Assembly: GCA_041653535.1 (NCBI GenBank)
Contig: JBAZFH010000002.1
Location: 7,209 to 71,208 of the forward strand
From: Patescibacteria group bacterium
GTDB lineage: Bacteria; Patescibacteriota; Patescibacteriia; JACRDY01
Length of the DNA stretch: 64,000 nt
Reading direction: 5' to 3'
The number at the start of each line of letters is the position of its first letter. The first letter of the stretch is position 1. Positions 1-9,247 of this stretch are shown here, one piece after another. The position numbers were made by a program, and so were the translations under genes. The notes beneath the pieces are model-generated. The model saw only the letters and a program-made list of their open reading frames with translations, was not told the DNA's origin and searched no databases.

Positions 1-612
1 CAAACCGTTTTTGGCAATCATTCTCTCTGCCGAGTAGAGAGCATAAACAAAATAATCGGCTGATCCATCCTCCAGGGAATTTACTGCCTCGATAGCGCTA
101 TTAGCCCGAATTGTACTCAGCTTGGCAGCAGCAAAATCGTCAAACTCCTGACCGTAACTATCACCTACGGTCAGTACCCCCAGTTTACCGACCAAATCTT
201 CCCACTGATTGTATTTGAGATCACTGCCTTTTTTGACCACCACGGCAATTGGATCGGTAGTATAAGGAATGGAATAGTCCATATAAGTTTCTCTTTCCGC
301 TGTTTTATAGACAGCAACCAAAACATCAACTGACCCGACCTTGGCTTTTTGTTGAACCATATCCCATAGACCAGTGTATTTTGATTCTATTTTGACGCCC
401 AAATCGGTAAAAATCTTAGTAACCAAATCAGGGCCAGCACCAACAATTCTTCCCTGCTGCTGCCACATAATCGGCGCCCACTCCGGGTGGCCGGAAGCAA
501 CGAAAATTTCTTGTCTTTCTGTTCGGGAAACACTGACATAATAATAAACGGCAAACAAAATGATAGCTAAAATCAAAAGTACTAAAATTAAATGCTTGGT
601 AACCTGCTTCAT
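1..612 (-). CDS. ABC transporter substrate-binding protein (family 3 / PBPb-like), C-terminus truncated by window edge
   Basis: Manual reverse translation from ATG (cat at ~610-612): MKQVTKHLILVLLILAIILF... signal/TM anchor followed by solute-binding-protein-like sequence (DYSIPYTTDPIAVVVKKG, GVLTVGDSYGQEF). Not in ORF track because no stop in window. Confidence 0.65.
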   Translation of the reverse strand, partial: MKQVTKHLILVLLILAIILFAVYYYVSVSRTERQEIFVASGHPEWAPIMWQQQGRIVGAGPDLVTKIFTDLGVKIESKYTGLWDMVQQKAKVGSVDVLVAVYKTAERETYMDYSIPYTTDPIAVVVKKGSDLKYNQWEDLVGKLGVLTVGDSYGQEFDDFAAAKLSTIRANSAIEAVNSLEDGSADYFVYALYSAERMIAKNGL

Positions 613-623
613 ATTTTTATTTT

Positions 624-1301
624 TTATTTTTTTCTATTTCTTATCTTCTTTACTGCCAAAATAACAACCACGATCAAAACAACCAGCACCACCAAAATAA
701 TACCAACCGCTTTTCCTATCTTACCGTTAAAAAATGCCAACGGCTTTTCACCAAAAAATTGCATTTTTAGCCTAGGCAAATTTACCAGAGTAGCTAAAGA
801 CTCTCCGATTGGAAAAGATTCTTTTTGTCCGACAACCAAAACGTACTTTCCTGCATTTTGCGGAGCAAAAACCTCTATGCGGTAAGATCCTTTTGGTAAA
901 GAAACGGTTTGTTTTGGTCCCTGCCAGTAGTTATCGCCAGCGTATTCTTCATAATATTTGTTCCACTCATTTTCCAGTCCCATCAAAACATTGGTTATCT
1001 CGCCAGTGACTATGGTTATCAGATTAGCCGAAATATCTTTTTTAATCTCCGGAAGATCTGGAACCAACAGACTAAAATAAAAATCCATTGGCTCACTAAT
1101 TGTTACTCGATAATAATCAGGCGCTCCTTTTAGCTCACCGTAAAAAGCCTGCGAAACATCTGGCTGAGTGATAATCACTGGATTTTCTGAAGTAATCCGT
1201 TGCGGATAGACCAATCGCGGCTGGTGAGCGTCAACTGCAACAATAAAACCAAACATAATAACAACTGACAAAACCAAAATGTGGATTTTTTTCATACCCA
1301 A
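624..1301 (-). CDS. hypothetical exported protein with N-terminal signal peptide and C-terminal TM anchor plus basic tail (KKIRNRKK)
   Basis: 225-aa ORF; first codon is TTG, first ATG two codons in; hydrophobic N-terminus and C-terminal hydrophobic stretch. Confidence 0.6.
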   Translation of the reverse strand: MGMKKIHILVLSVVIMFGFIVAVDAHQPRLVYPQRITSENPVIITQPDVSQAFYGELKGAPDYYRVTISEPMDFYFSLLVPDLPEIKKDISANLITIVTGEITNVLMGLENEWNKYYEEYAGDNYWQGPKQTVSLPKGSYRIEVFAPQNAGKYVLVVGQKESFPIGESLATLVNLPRLKMQFFGEKPLAFFNGKIGKAVGIILVVLVVLIVVVILAVKKIRNRKK

Positions 1302-1315
1302 TTATTAATCAATAA

Positions 1316-1537
1316 TTACTTTATCTCATCGATACAAAAATACCCGCCACTTAAATCGTTTTCCGCATAAACCGGGCAACTGCCGCAGATACAAGGCTTG
1401 GAAGCGTCTAGATCACAAGTTGATTTTCCGACAGCACAATACAGCATTTCTTTTTTCTCTTCGGTACACTGATTATAAAGCGGGCAGTCGCCACAAATAC
1501 ATTTAGCTCGATTTTCCGGAGTATTTACTGGTTTCAT
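1316..1537 (-). CDS. small Cys-rich protein with duplicated CxCGxCPxY motif (DUF2769-like)
   Basis: 73 aa; motifs CICGDCPLY and CICGSCPVY, 10 Cys in total. Assignment to the DUF2769 family is from memory of its CxCxxCP signature. Confidence 0.55.
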   Translation of the reverse strand: MKPVNTPENRAKCICGDCPLYNQCTEEKKEMLYCAVGKSTCDLDASKPCICGSCPVYAENDLSGGYFCIDEIK

Positions 1538-1681
1538 AAGTTTGTTTTATTAAATATTTTAAACGCTTTAATAATACCAAATAAACAAAAAACCTGCTAC
1601 GTAAAAATGCGGCAACACAAAGCCATTATCTTTTTACTTAATAAAAAGAGCCAAAAAAATTGCAAAACTCACAGACTATTT

Positions 1682-2035
1682 CTAACCAATTTTACGAAAT
1701 CGAACAGAAAAAATCGGTTCGTACTCATTTTCATAATCATCAGTCACTTTTATTGTTTCGCCGCGGACCAACTGGTTAAGCGCCATATCGCTCAGCATTT
1801 CTTTGTCAGTCTTAATATCCAGCTCCATTAAAGACAGCTTTTCCAAATCACCGCGCAATTCGGATTTAACATCCTGCTCTATCTTTTTCTTACGCTCTCG
1901 CAATTCTTTTATTTTATCCAATAACTCTTGATAAGTTTTGGAATTAGCGAGCTCCTGCCGATAAACCGATTTTATTTCGTTACGCTGTTTTTTGTTCTGT
2001 TCAAGTCGTTTAAACACTTCGTGAAGCTGAGGCAT
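1682..2035 (-). CDS. hypothetical K/E-rich coiled-coil protein
   Basis: 117-aa ORF with heptad-like charged repeats; no recognisable catalytic motif. Confidence 0.4.
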   Translation of the reverse strand: MPQLHEVFKRLEQNKKQRNEIKSVYRQELANSKTYQELLDKIKELRERKKKIEQDVKSELRGDLEKLSLMELDIKTDKEMLSDMALNQLVRGETIKVTDDYENEYEPIFSVRFRKIG

Positions 2036-2170
2036 AATTAGTGATTAGTAATTAGTGGTTAATAATTAAGCGAGATTGTATCATAAAACAAAAAAACATA
2101 ACAACACAATAAAAAATTACTACTGCTTCCCTTTGTTATTATGTCGCTACGTTATTATGTTACGTTGTAA

Positions 2171-2914
2171 CTACCACCATCTCATCATCTTGCCGCTACA
2201 AAAACCACAGCTACTACCCGCACTCCAACCGTTTTTATAATTGCTAGTTACCACGTCTTCCAAATAATATCCCGTCCCTATTATCCAACCAAATGGTTTA
2301 AATTCCAAACTATAAGAACGTTTCGCCAGAGGAACGGTTCCACCGGGTTTGACAAAATAATAATCAGTAAAACCCCCGCCCGGTTTCTGACCGGATTTAA
2401 TAATCTCACGAACATGAAAAACACCATTTACTTTTGCGTCTATACGATTAGTACCCTCAACGCTTAAATTAGTCGGCAAAACGATATTTATACCTTCTAC
2501 CGTATCAGCAAAAAAATATCCCTGACCGTCTTTTCCGTAGCGTAAATTTCTTAAAATATCAGCCGCCAACTTTTTTGCTGTTTCTTCTTCCATTTCTTCC
2601 GCCATCACTTTGGCATAAATACCATCCAAAATGCTTACCGCGGTTTGTACTTGCGTTTTTATCAATTCGTCCTGATCAGCAACTTTGACTGCGGAAAATG
2701 TATAAACCATAGCTTGATTTTTCGTCTCTATTCTGACAAAGCAAAACATAACAAACGACACAAGAAAAAGAACCGTTGCTGCAGTTAACAACAAAGGCAT
2801 CCAAAAGCTGCATTGATATTTCGCCTTTTTGGCAACCGAATAAAAAATTTCTGATCTTTTAGAAGCCAAGAGATTCTTTGTTGTTAAAGGTTTTTTTGTT
2901 TTGGTTTTAGGCAT
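2171..2914 (-). CDS. single-pass membrane protein with extracytoplasmic Cache-type sensor domain, no output domain
   Basis: N-terminal basic tail plus one TM helix; C-terminal region YGKDGQGYFFADT...GGGFTDYYFVKPGG...KRSYSLEFKPFGWIIGTGYYLEDV matches the single-Cache (sCache_3/2-type) consensus known from chemoreceptor ligand-binding domains. Confidence 0.6.
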   Translation of the reverse strand: MPKTKTKKPLTTKNLLASKRSEIFYSVAKKAKYQCSFWMPLLLTAATVLFLVSFVMFCFVRIETKNQAMVYTFSAVKVADQDELIKTQVQTAVSILDGIYAKVMAEEMEEETAKKLAADILRNLRYGKDGQGYFFADTVEGINIVLPTNLSVEGTNRIDAKVNGVFHVREIIKSGQKPGGGFTDYYFVKPGGTVPLAKRSYSLEFKPFGWIIGTGYYLEDVVTSNYKNGWSAGSSCGFCSGKMMRWW

Positions 2915-2995
2915 AAATTTAAAAATGTAAACTATAAAATGATGTTATTTGTTTTTATTTAATAAACATATTATACCCCAAAAAAATAAAAATAG

Positions 2996-3571
2996 CTAGC
3001 CTACACGGTCAAACCTTTGATGTAATAATTTAAAAAGCGGCACGTACTCAGCGTGTTTTACGAACCCCAAGTCACCGGCAGCTATAATTTTCTCCAATTC
3101 TCGCCAAGGAATAAATTTTACTTCCGACACTTCTTCTGACTGCAAAGTCATGTCTTTGGTCTCAACGTCCATGGTCGTTAAAAAAACGTCGTTGTATTCA
3201 TTGTTAATAAAAGTGCCGTTATTTAAAACCGCTTGTACTGGCAAACGAAACAAAAACTCCATTTTTTTAGGGTCAACGTCTATGCCTAGCTCTTCCTCCG
3301 CTTCGCGAACGGCAGAAGTAATTATATCAGTACCAGCCGGCACATGACCGGCGCTACTAATATCCCAAAGATTGGGATGAGATTCTTTTTCCGGCGATCT
3401 TTTTTGAATTAACAATTCTTGTTTGGAGTTAATAATCCAAAGATGGGTTGAGGCATGCCAATCACCGTCGCGATGGACATCGTCGCGCGGCTTTATTCGA
3501 CCGGTCGGATTACCGTCTTTGTCCAAAATATCAAAATATTCCATACTTAAAATTTTAAAAACGTTTTCCAT
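2996..3571 (-). CDS. NUDIX hydrolase
   Basis: Nudix box GHVPAGTDIITSAVREAEEELGI (GX5EX7REUXEEXGU). Confidence 0.85.
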   Translation of the reverse strand: MENVFKILSMEYFDILDKDGNPTGRIKPRDDVHRDGDWHASTHLWIINSKQELLIQKRSPEKESHPNLWDISSAGHVPAGTDIITSAVREAEEELGIDVDPKKMEFLFRLPVQAVLNNGTFINNEYNDVFLTTMDVETKDMTLQSEEVSEVKFIPWRELEKIIAAGDLGFVKHAEYVPLFKLLHQRFDRVG

Positions 3572-4257
3572 TTTTTATACAATTCCCTGGTGGCATACAA
3601 ATCACCTACGTTATAACGGGCAATATCAACAAACTTTTTGGCTTTAAAAAGTCCAGCCACGTCGTCGCCGGTTATTCCATCAGCTTTGGGACTTTTGATA
3701 CCAAAAGCTCTGGTCCATAAATGCAAACTGCCTTTGCGCCTAACCGCGCCATAAAAGCTCAGCTCTTCATAAAGATCGACATGTTTAGCATTATCTTTTT
3801 GCAGATTGAGATAACGGTTGGACATCAAATTTTTACTAGGACGAACTTCATTAACCGCCGAACGGATCATCAAAAACGGCACGTCAAAACTCCGCCCGTT
3901 AAAAGTAACAAACTCATTGTACTCGGCTGCGCCACGCCAAAAATTTTCCAGCATTTCTTTTTCGCTTGAAGGGATAAATTTGATACCGTTTTCTTCAAAA
4001 TTTTCTAACTTCTCTCCTGGCGCTTGGAAATAAACAGCGCCTTTGTCGCGCTCTAAATCTAGAACACCAATAGCGGTTATCTCTCCGGTCAACGGTGAAA
4101 AGCCAAGCTCGCTTTTTAGCCCATCGAGCATAACCCGATAGTCGCCTTCGTCGGAAGACTCCTTTTTGATCCAACGGGTCAGATTTTCTTGAGTAGTTTT
4201 GTCTAGTGAATCAAAATCTTCACCAATTGTTTCGATGTCGATAATAAGTGTAGACAT
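3547..4257 (-). CDS. RNase H-like 3'-5' exonuclease domain protein (YprB/PolB-exo-like)
   Basis: N-terminal IIDIETIG acidic exonuclease motif; overlaps upstream NUDIX gene start by 25 nt, an operon-like arrangement. Confidence 0.65.
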   Translation of the reverse strand: MSTLIIDIETIGEDFDSLDKTTQENLTRWIKKESSDEGDYRVMLDGLKSELGFSPLTGEITAIGVLDLERDKGAVYFQAPGEKLENFEENGIKFIPSSEKEMLENFWRGAAEYNEFVTFNGRSFDVPFLMIRSAVNEVRPSKNLMSNRYLNLQKDNAKHVDLYEELSFYGAVRRKGSLHLWTRAFGIKSPKADGITGDDVAGLFKAKKFVDIARYNVGDLYATRELYKKWKTFLKF

Positions 4258-4272
4258 AAAGTTATAAAAATA

Positions 4273-4833
4273 TTAATAATGAGACCAAGTTTTTCTGAGC
4301 TCCCGTCGAGCTGCTTTGTAACCCGGTATTGCTTCGGCAACCAGCCGCCAAAACTTTGGCGAATGGTTTAACTGCTCTAAATGACACAGCTCGTGAACGA
4401 CAATATAATCAAACAAATGTTCCGGTAAATATAATATTTTATAATTAAAGTTCAAATTGCCGCTACGACTACAGCTACCCCATCTGGTTTTGGTATTGCG
4501 AATCGCTACTCGAGTAAAAGTAAAATTATAATGAATGTTAAAGTAATCTAACTTTTTTGCTATCAGTTCACGGGCAATTTCTTTTTTCGCCAAATAATCA
4601 CGTCTACTGTTTTGCACAACAGCCCTAGTTTTAACCAATGCCAATTTTTCCAAAATCCAATCAGCTTTTTGTCGAATAAAACTCTCGGCAACGTCTTCAC
4701 CCATCCAGTGTGGCATAGTAGCGACCAGACCGTCACAACGAACCACCAGCCGTAAATGCCGCGAACGTGGATTTTTTTTGAGCGTATAGTTTATCTGCTT
4801 TGTTTGTAGCTCTATACTTCTTTGCATTAACAA
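4273..4833 (-). CDS. YgjP/DUF45-family (M48-like, WLM-type) metal-dependent hydrolase
   Basis: HELCHLEQLNHSPKFW = HExxH...NHSxxFW signature of the DUF45 family. Confidence 0.75.
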   Translation of the reverse strand: MLMQRSIELQTKQINYTLKKNPRSRHLRLVVRCDGLVATMPHWMGEDVAESFIRQKADWILEKLALVKTRAVVQNSRRDYLAKKEIARELIAKKLDYFNIHYNFTFTRVAIRNTKTRWGSCSRSGNLNFNYKILYLPEHLFDYIVVHELCHLEQLNHSPKFWRLVAEAIPGYKAARRELRKTWSHY

Positions 4834-4860
4834 ATTATAGCACGTGATGATTAATACTTA

Positions 4861-5154
4861 CTAACAAAACTCGATTTTAAGCTCCCGACCAAACGCTTTA
4901 GCGATCTTTTCTAAAGTTCCGGTAGTAAGGTTTTGCCGACCAGACTCTATTCTGGCCAAATTACTTTGAGTTGTACCAATTTTCTGAGCCAACTGTAGCT
5001 GTGACATTTTTTTATTTTTTCTCAGCTGCAAAATTTGGTAAGCGACTTTCAATTGCTTGCCATAATAATCATAATGTTTTTTAAAATCATTATTTTTGAG
5101 CTGTTCTTGACGGTATCCCTCAAAACTAAACGATATCGATTTTGTTTTATTCAT
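4861..5154 (-). CDS. higA: HTH XRE-family antitoxin (HigA-like)
   Basis: Helix-turn-helix MSQLQLAQKIGTTQSNLARIESGRQN; start ATG overlaps stop TGA of upstream toxin gene (ATGA). Confidence 0.8.
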   Translation of the reverse strand: MNKTKSISFSFEGYRQEQLKNNDFKKHYDYYGKQLKVAYQILQLRKNKKMSQLQLAQKIGTTQSNLARIESGRQNLTTGTLEKIAKAFGRELKIEFC

Positions 5155-5525
5155 ATATTTTTTTTACTACTTAATACTTCGTCATAACGTTTAATCGCTA
5201 TATTAATTTCTTTTCTTGGCGTCTTTTTTGTTCTTTTCAAAAAAGCATGTAATAGAACTAATTTTTTATCAACAAAGGCGAAGTAAAATATTCGATGACG
5301 ATGTCGATCAAAATCAATCCGCAACTCCCTGATCTTACCAACGATGTGTCGAGAATATGGTTCATCTAGGTAGCCCTTATTTATTTTCAAAAAGTCTATA
5401 TATTTAACAATTTTAGCTCTCTGATTTATTGGCAAACCGTTCAAATACTCTAAAACCGGACAATAGCCGTTAGATCGTGCCCTATAAAAAACCACTTCGA
5501 ATTCCTTGTCATTATTATATATCAT
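5151..5525 (-). CDS. higB: type II toxin, HigB / phage Gp49-like (RelE superfamily)
   Basis: 124 aa; ...PVLEYLNGLPINQRAKIVKYIDFL...IRELRIDFDRHRHRIFYFAF..LVLLHAFLKRTKKTPRKEI fits the Gp49/HigB family pattern; toxin-first order with XRE antitoxin. Confidence 0.8.
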   Translation of the reverse strand: MIYNNDKEFEVVFYRARSNGYCPVLEYLNGLPINQRAKIVKYIDFLKINKGYLDEPYSRHIVGKIRELRIDFDRHRHRIFYFAFVDKKLVLLHAFLKRTKKTPRKEINIAIKRYDEVLSSKKNI

Positions 5526-5612
5526 ATATGATATATGTCAATATTGATCATAAATTAATAGTATCGTTTTTATTTAACCATAGAAAAGATAAAATTTTTC
5601 TAAACTTTTTGA

Positions 5613-5646
5613 GACATAAAAACCCCACGAAAATCAATCCGCGGGG
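5613..5646 (-). terminator. intrinsic terminator (hairpin CCCCGCGG..CGTGGGG plus T-run on minus strand)
   Basis: Downstream of the stop of the 5664..6104 membrane protein gene. Confidence 0.5.
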
Positions 5647-5663
5647 CATGAGTTGAATTGCTG

Positions 5664-6104
5664 TTAAATGACCACAGTCGACCGCTTACGACATCTACTT
5701 TTATAGGTATCGTAGGCAAACAAAATAACCAAGGCCTTGACCACAACTATCAGTAGTGACCAAAACCTCATAGCGAAGAACCATCCGGCCATCTGCGGCC
5801 ATCCCACCCAATTAAAAACAATAGAAAGACCATTGAAGATGACCGGCAGACTAAAGTATGTCAGTAGGACCGGAAAGGCATAATGGTACAGTCGCAGCCT
5901 GAACAGCCGCAGCCCGAAACGATTCTTTAATCCTTTAACCGAAAGACGCATTTCCAGAGTGACGATCAGCAAGAACAGGCATATCGGCCCAAGCATGACC
6001 GAATAACCAAAAACGTAACCGCCACCGCCGGTTATTACCGTGTAGATCAAACCAATTATCGCTCCGACGATTACATACAAAATGAGAACGACCAGACCAA
6101 ACAT
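5664..6104 (-). CDS. hypothetical polytopic membrane protein
   Basis: Start moved to internal ATG (MFGLVV...) preceded by AAGGAGGG RBS; several hydrophobic helices. Confidence 0.5.
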   Translation of the reverse strand: MFGLVVLILYVIVGAIIGLIYTVITGGGGYVFGYSVMLGPICLFLLIVTLEMRLSVKGLKNRFGLRLFRLRLYHYAFPVLLTYFSLPVIFNGLSIVFNWVGWPQMAGWFFAMRFWSLLIVVVKALVILFAYDTYKSRCRKRSTVVI

Positions 6105-6123
6105 CAGTAGTCCCTCCTTCCTT

Positions 6124-6540
6124 CTAGCTAAGCAGAAAAACCGCGACACAGGCTAGCGTCAGCCCGGCGATTTTTTTGAGAGTGATCGGATCACCAAACA
6201 GAACGACCGCGATAAGCATTGCGAAAACAGGCACCAGCGCTGCCGCTATCGGCACAAATTTGGACAGCTCAACACTGGGTGAGCTGATCATCTTGGTGTA
6301 GGCTAACATACCGATGCCGTTGACTAGACCGGCGACAAAAATGATCAAAGCTGCTTTGCTTTTCGGCAGACCGTCGCCGGCAAGATATTTACTCGTAATC
6401 ATGCCAAAAGAAGCGGTGGTCGCCGTACCAAGAGACATCAATACCGCCAACCAGCCCGGGGATGCCGAAGCAAACCTGGCTAGCGACGGCCATAATGCAA
6501 AGAAAAAAGCCGTCACGACACAAAGGATCAGAGTATTCAT
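6124..6540 (-). CDS. small 4-TM DMT/EamA-like transporter
   Basis: 138 aa, four hydrophobic helices, EamA-half-like. Confidence 0.5.
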   Translation of the reverse strand: MNTLILCVVTAFFFALWPSLARFASASPGWLAVLMSLGTATTASFGMITSKYLAGDGLPKSKAALIIFVAGLVNGIGMLAYTKMISSPSVELSKFVPIAAALVPVFAMLIAVVLFGDPITLKKIAGLTLACVAVFLLS

Positions 6541-6742
6541 TTATTTCCTCCGTTTTAATGGTTATTTTTTCAAAAATCGTTGATTGCCAACATTATCATA
6601 TTAATTATTTTTTGTCAACATAAAAACAGGTTTAAAACCCGCTTTTCAATCACGAAAGTAAAAACTACTTCCGTGCTAGTACCGTATTTTTTCACGATTT
6701 TAAAATGAAAGATCTATGAGAGTGCGGCTATTCCAAATCTAC

Positions 6743-6766
6743 AAAAAAACCGTCGATTAAGACGGT
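6743..6766 (-). terminator. intrinsic terminator (ACCGTC-GATTAA-GACGGT hairpin plus T-run)
   Basis: Immediately downstream of the stop of 6779..7156. Confidence 0.5.
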
Positions 6767-6778
6767 TTAACAATGTTT

Positions 6779-7156
6779 TTACTCATCACTTTTGTGGTCG
6801 GCAAGTTGTTCTTCGGTATAAATTCCAATAGCCCACAAAGATCCCTGGACAAAACCAAATTTCAACAACACCTGCTGAAAATCTGGCAATGCCTTTCCAA
6901 CCATAACAGGACCAAACATCTCTCTTTTGATTTGCACGACCCTATCCGGTCGCAATATTTTTTTAGCTTGCCGTGCGGCTTTCAAACCGGCGACCGCTTG
7001 TTCCAACTCATCGATAATCGCGACCAAATCTTGCAATATTTTTAAATTCAAATTTTTTGCCTGTCCTAGCCTTGCTGTTCTTTCATCAATCTTTTTTTGC
7101 AACTCCAGATGATATTGTCGCGTGAGACGCGCGATTGTTTCAAGTTTCAACGTCAA
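6779..7156 (-). CDS. hypothetical protein
   Basis: 125-aa ORF, coiled-coil-like N-terminal half; no motif recognised. Confidence 0.5.
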   Translation of the reverse strand: MTLKLETIARLTRQYHLELQKKIDERTARLGQAKNLNLKILQDLVAIIDELEQAVAGLKAARQAKKILRPDRVVQIKREMFGPVMVGKALPDFQQVLLKFGFVQGSLWAIGIYTEEQLADHKSDE

Positions 7157-7193
7157 TCCTCCTTTTGGTTAAAAACCGTTTGTTGAAGACACT

Positions 7194-7982
7194 CTATCTC
7201 CATTTTTCCATTTTGTCCAGCCAGAAAAAAATTATTTTCTTTATTTCTGCAAAATGTTCAACCGTGCGAAAAGTGTGCTCAGCACCATCAATAACATGCA
7301 TTTCCTTGATTCCGGGTAACGCCTGGAAAAATTTTTCCACTTGATAAACCGGCGTGCTGGTATCGTTTTGCCCGACAATAATCAAAACCGGCATGTTCAA
7401 TTTGTTTGCCTGCGGAATCAGATCATATTGATCCCAGTCTGCCACCACCGACCAAGGACTTCGTCTGAACGCGCCTGGTTTAGAATTGCTAGGAACCTCA
7501 AGCCAACCGGTTTGACGCCATTTTTCCCATACCGCCGGGTTTCTTCTTATCATCGCCTCGTCTAAAAACTTCCCAGATATTACTGGAGAAAACGGCGCGA
7601 TCGCCAAAACTTTCTCCGGATAATTCTCGGCATAATATGCTATACAAAAAGAACCCATACTGTGCCCAGCTAAAATAAATGGTTCTTGATACCAATCCCG
7701 TGTTTCTGACCAAGCGATCACGTCTTCTAAATCTTGATAATAACTGGTGAGACTACCGTCTTCCACCCTGCCTTCGCTTTCGCCCAAAGTATTTGCGGTG
7801 TCAAATAAAACAGTTGTATAATTTTTCTCAAAAAAAGATTCGCCGATAGCCTGAATCTGGTCCTGATCTTTAAATCCGCCAAAACCATGCATAACAAAAA
7901 CTAGTCCTGCTTGATCTTTTGCCTGACGGACATTGACTACTATTTTTTGCCCCCGACGATTGATAAAAGAAAGTTTTTCCAT
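7194..7982 (-). CDS. alpha/beta-fold hydrolase
   Basis: Nucleophile elbow GHSMGS (GxSxG) with downstream Asp/His candidates; HGFGG oxyanion region. Confidence 0.8.
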   Translation of the reverse strand: MEKLSFINRRGQKIVVNVRQAKDQAGLVFVMHGFGGFKDQDQIQAIGESFFEKNYTTVLFDTANTLGESEGRVEDGSLTSYYQDLEDVIAWSETRDWYQEPFILAGHSMGSFCIAYYAENYPEKVLAIAPFSPVISGKFLDEAMIRRNPAVWEKWRQTGWLEVPSNSKPGAFRRSPWSVVADWDQYDLIPQANKLNMPVLIIVGQNDTSTPVYQVEKFFQALPGIKEMHVIDGAEHTFRTVEHFAEIKKIIFFWLDKMEKWR

Positions 7983-7987
7983 ATGTT

Positions 7988-8467
7988 TTAAAGATTACGA
8001 CGGATGTCGGAAATTTTTATCTTGGCCTCTTTTGGCGTATTAGTAAAACCATTTTTAATGTCTTCGACCAACCAGTCACGAATCTCCAACGGATAAACCA
8101 ACATCTGCGGCAAGTCGGTAATTTTGTGCCATTGCGGTTGATAAAAATTATCATCACTCAACCTTTGAGCCTCTATACTGTCTGACGACAATCTGGGATC
8201 GCCGGAAAGATAGGAACATAAATAAAAAAACTGCTCTTGTTTATTGTCATAAATATGGTGATAGAGGAGTTTTTCTATTTTAATATCCAAAGTCGTTTCT
8301 TCTTTAATTTCACGGATAGTGGCTTGTTCTACTGACTCGCCGTCTTCCACTCCGCCGCCGGGAAAAGTAAAATATTCTTTTCCATTTTTGCGGCGAAACA
8401 TCAGCAACACTTCATCGCCTTTTATCGTTATAGCTACAGCGCGGTTTTGTAACATATTATTGATCAA
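7988..8467 (-). CDS. NUDIX hydrolase
   Basis: Nudix box GGGVEDGESVEQATIREIKEETTL. Confidence 0.8.
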   Translation of the reverse strand: MINNMLQNRAVAITIKGDEVLLMFRRKNGKEYFTFPGGGVEDGESVEQATIREIKEETTLDIKIEKLLYHHIYDNKQEQFFYLCSYLSGDPRLSSDSIEAQRLSDDNFYQPQWHKITDLPQMLVYPLEIRDWLVEDIKNGFTNTPKEAKIKISDIRRNL

Positions 8468-8921
8468 CCAGTCCTCCTAAATAATTCGCTTGATACGCCT
8501 CCTCGCCATCGAAGAATATCTTTTCTTGACCGGAAAATTTTGTTATATCGCCGATCCACTTATTTTCATAACGTAACATTGAGTCGACTAACTCGCTTGG
8601 ACCGCGCAACGGCATTTCTGCCGGAAACGATTTCAACGCTTGGCGCAAAAAATCATAGACCATTTCTTTATCAACGAAACTTTTCACTTGTCCGTAATAA
8701 ACCATAATAAAAACCGGTTTACCTTGATAAGAAACCACCTCTCGACCACCATACGGCTCGCCGCCAAAATAATTATCATTAAAACCCCAATCGCCATCAA
8801 CAAAAACTATTGTCTTTGAACCGTCGGTTTCTTTGATGAAAGAGTTTTCCGCACCCGTGGCATAGCCAGCCAGATTAGCTTCTGCTAAAAAACTTTTTAA
8901 TCGCACTAAGTCAACCGCCAC
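8457..8921 (-). CDS. hypothetical protein (DUF-type), start/stop-overlapped with downstream NUDIX gene
   Basis: 154-aa ORF; 11-nt overlap with 7988..8467 indicates co-translation. Confidence 0.55.
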   Translation of the reverse strand: MAVDLVRLKSFLAEANLAGYATGAENSFIKETDGSKTIVFVDGDWGFNDNYFGGEPYGGREVVSYQGKPVFIMVYYGQVKSFVDKEMVYDFLRQALKSFPAEMPLRGPSELVDSMLRYENKWIGDITKFSGQEKIFFDGEEAYQANYLGGLVDQ

Positions 8922-8925
8922 AAAA

Positions 8926-9231
8926 TTAATACCAAACTAAAATGACCAATAAAACCATGGTAATAACAAAAAGCCAAGCCAGGGTGTAACCGAGCAGCTG
9001 AATCGCCTGAACTTTCTTGTTATCCAAGTACATCATTATCGGACGACCAAAAACTAAAAAACCGGTAATCGCTGCGGATAAAACAAAAATGAGCAAAAAG
9101 GCTACTGGCGCTAAATAGTTTTTACCTGTGCCAAAAAGTCTCTCGCCGTTTTGCATAATGAGAGAAACGGCGGCAACATAAACGCCTACGCCCAAAGCGC
9201 TGGCTAACCCGGAAAAAATAAGTTTTTTCAT
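8926..9231 (-). CDS. hypothetical 3-TM membrane protein
   Basis: 101 aa, three hydrophobic segments. Confidence 0.5.
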   Translation of the reverse strand: MKKLIFSGLASALGVGVYVAAVSLIMQNGERLFGTGKNYLAPVAFLLIFVLSAAITGFLVFGRPIMMYLDNKKVQAIQLLGYTLAWLFVITMVLLVILVWY

Positions 9232-9247
9232 AAAATTATTGTTATAT

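Noticed and set aside
592-1133. Plus-strand ORFs 592..885, 809..1009, 909..1133
   Set aside because: They overlap the better-supported minus-strand exported-protein gene and give low-complexity translations.
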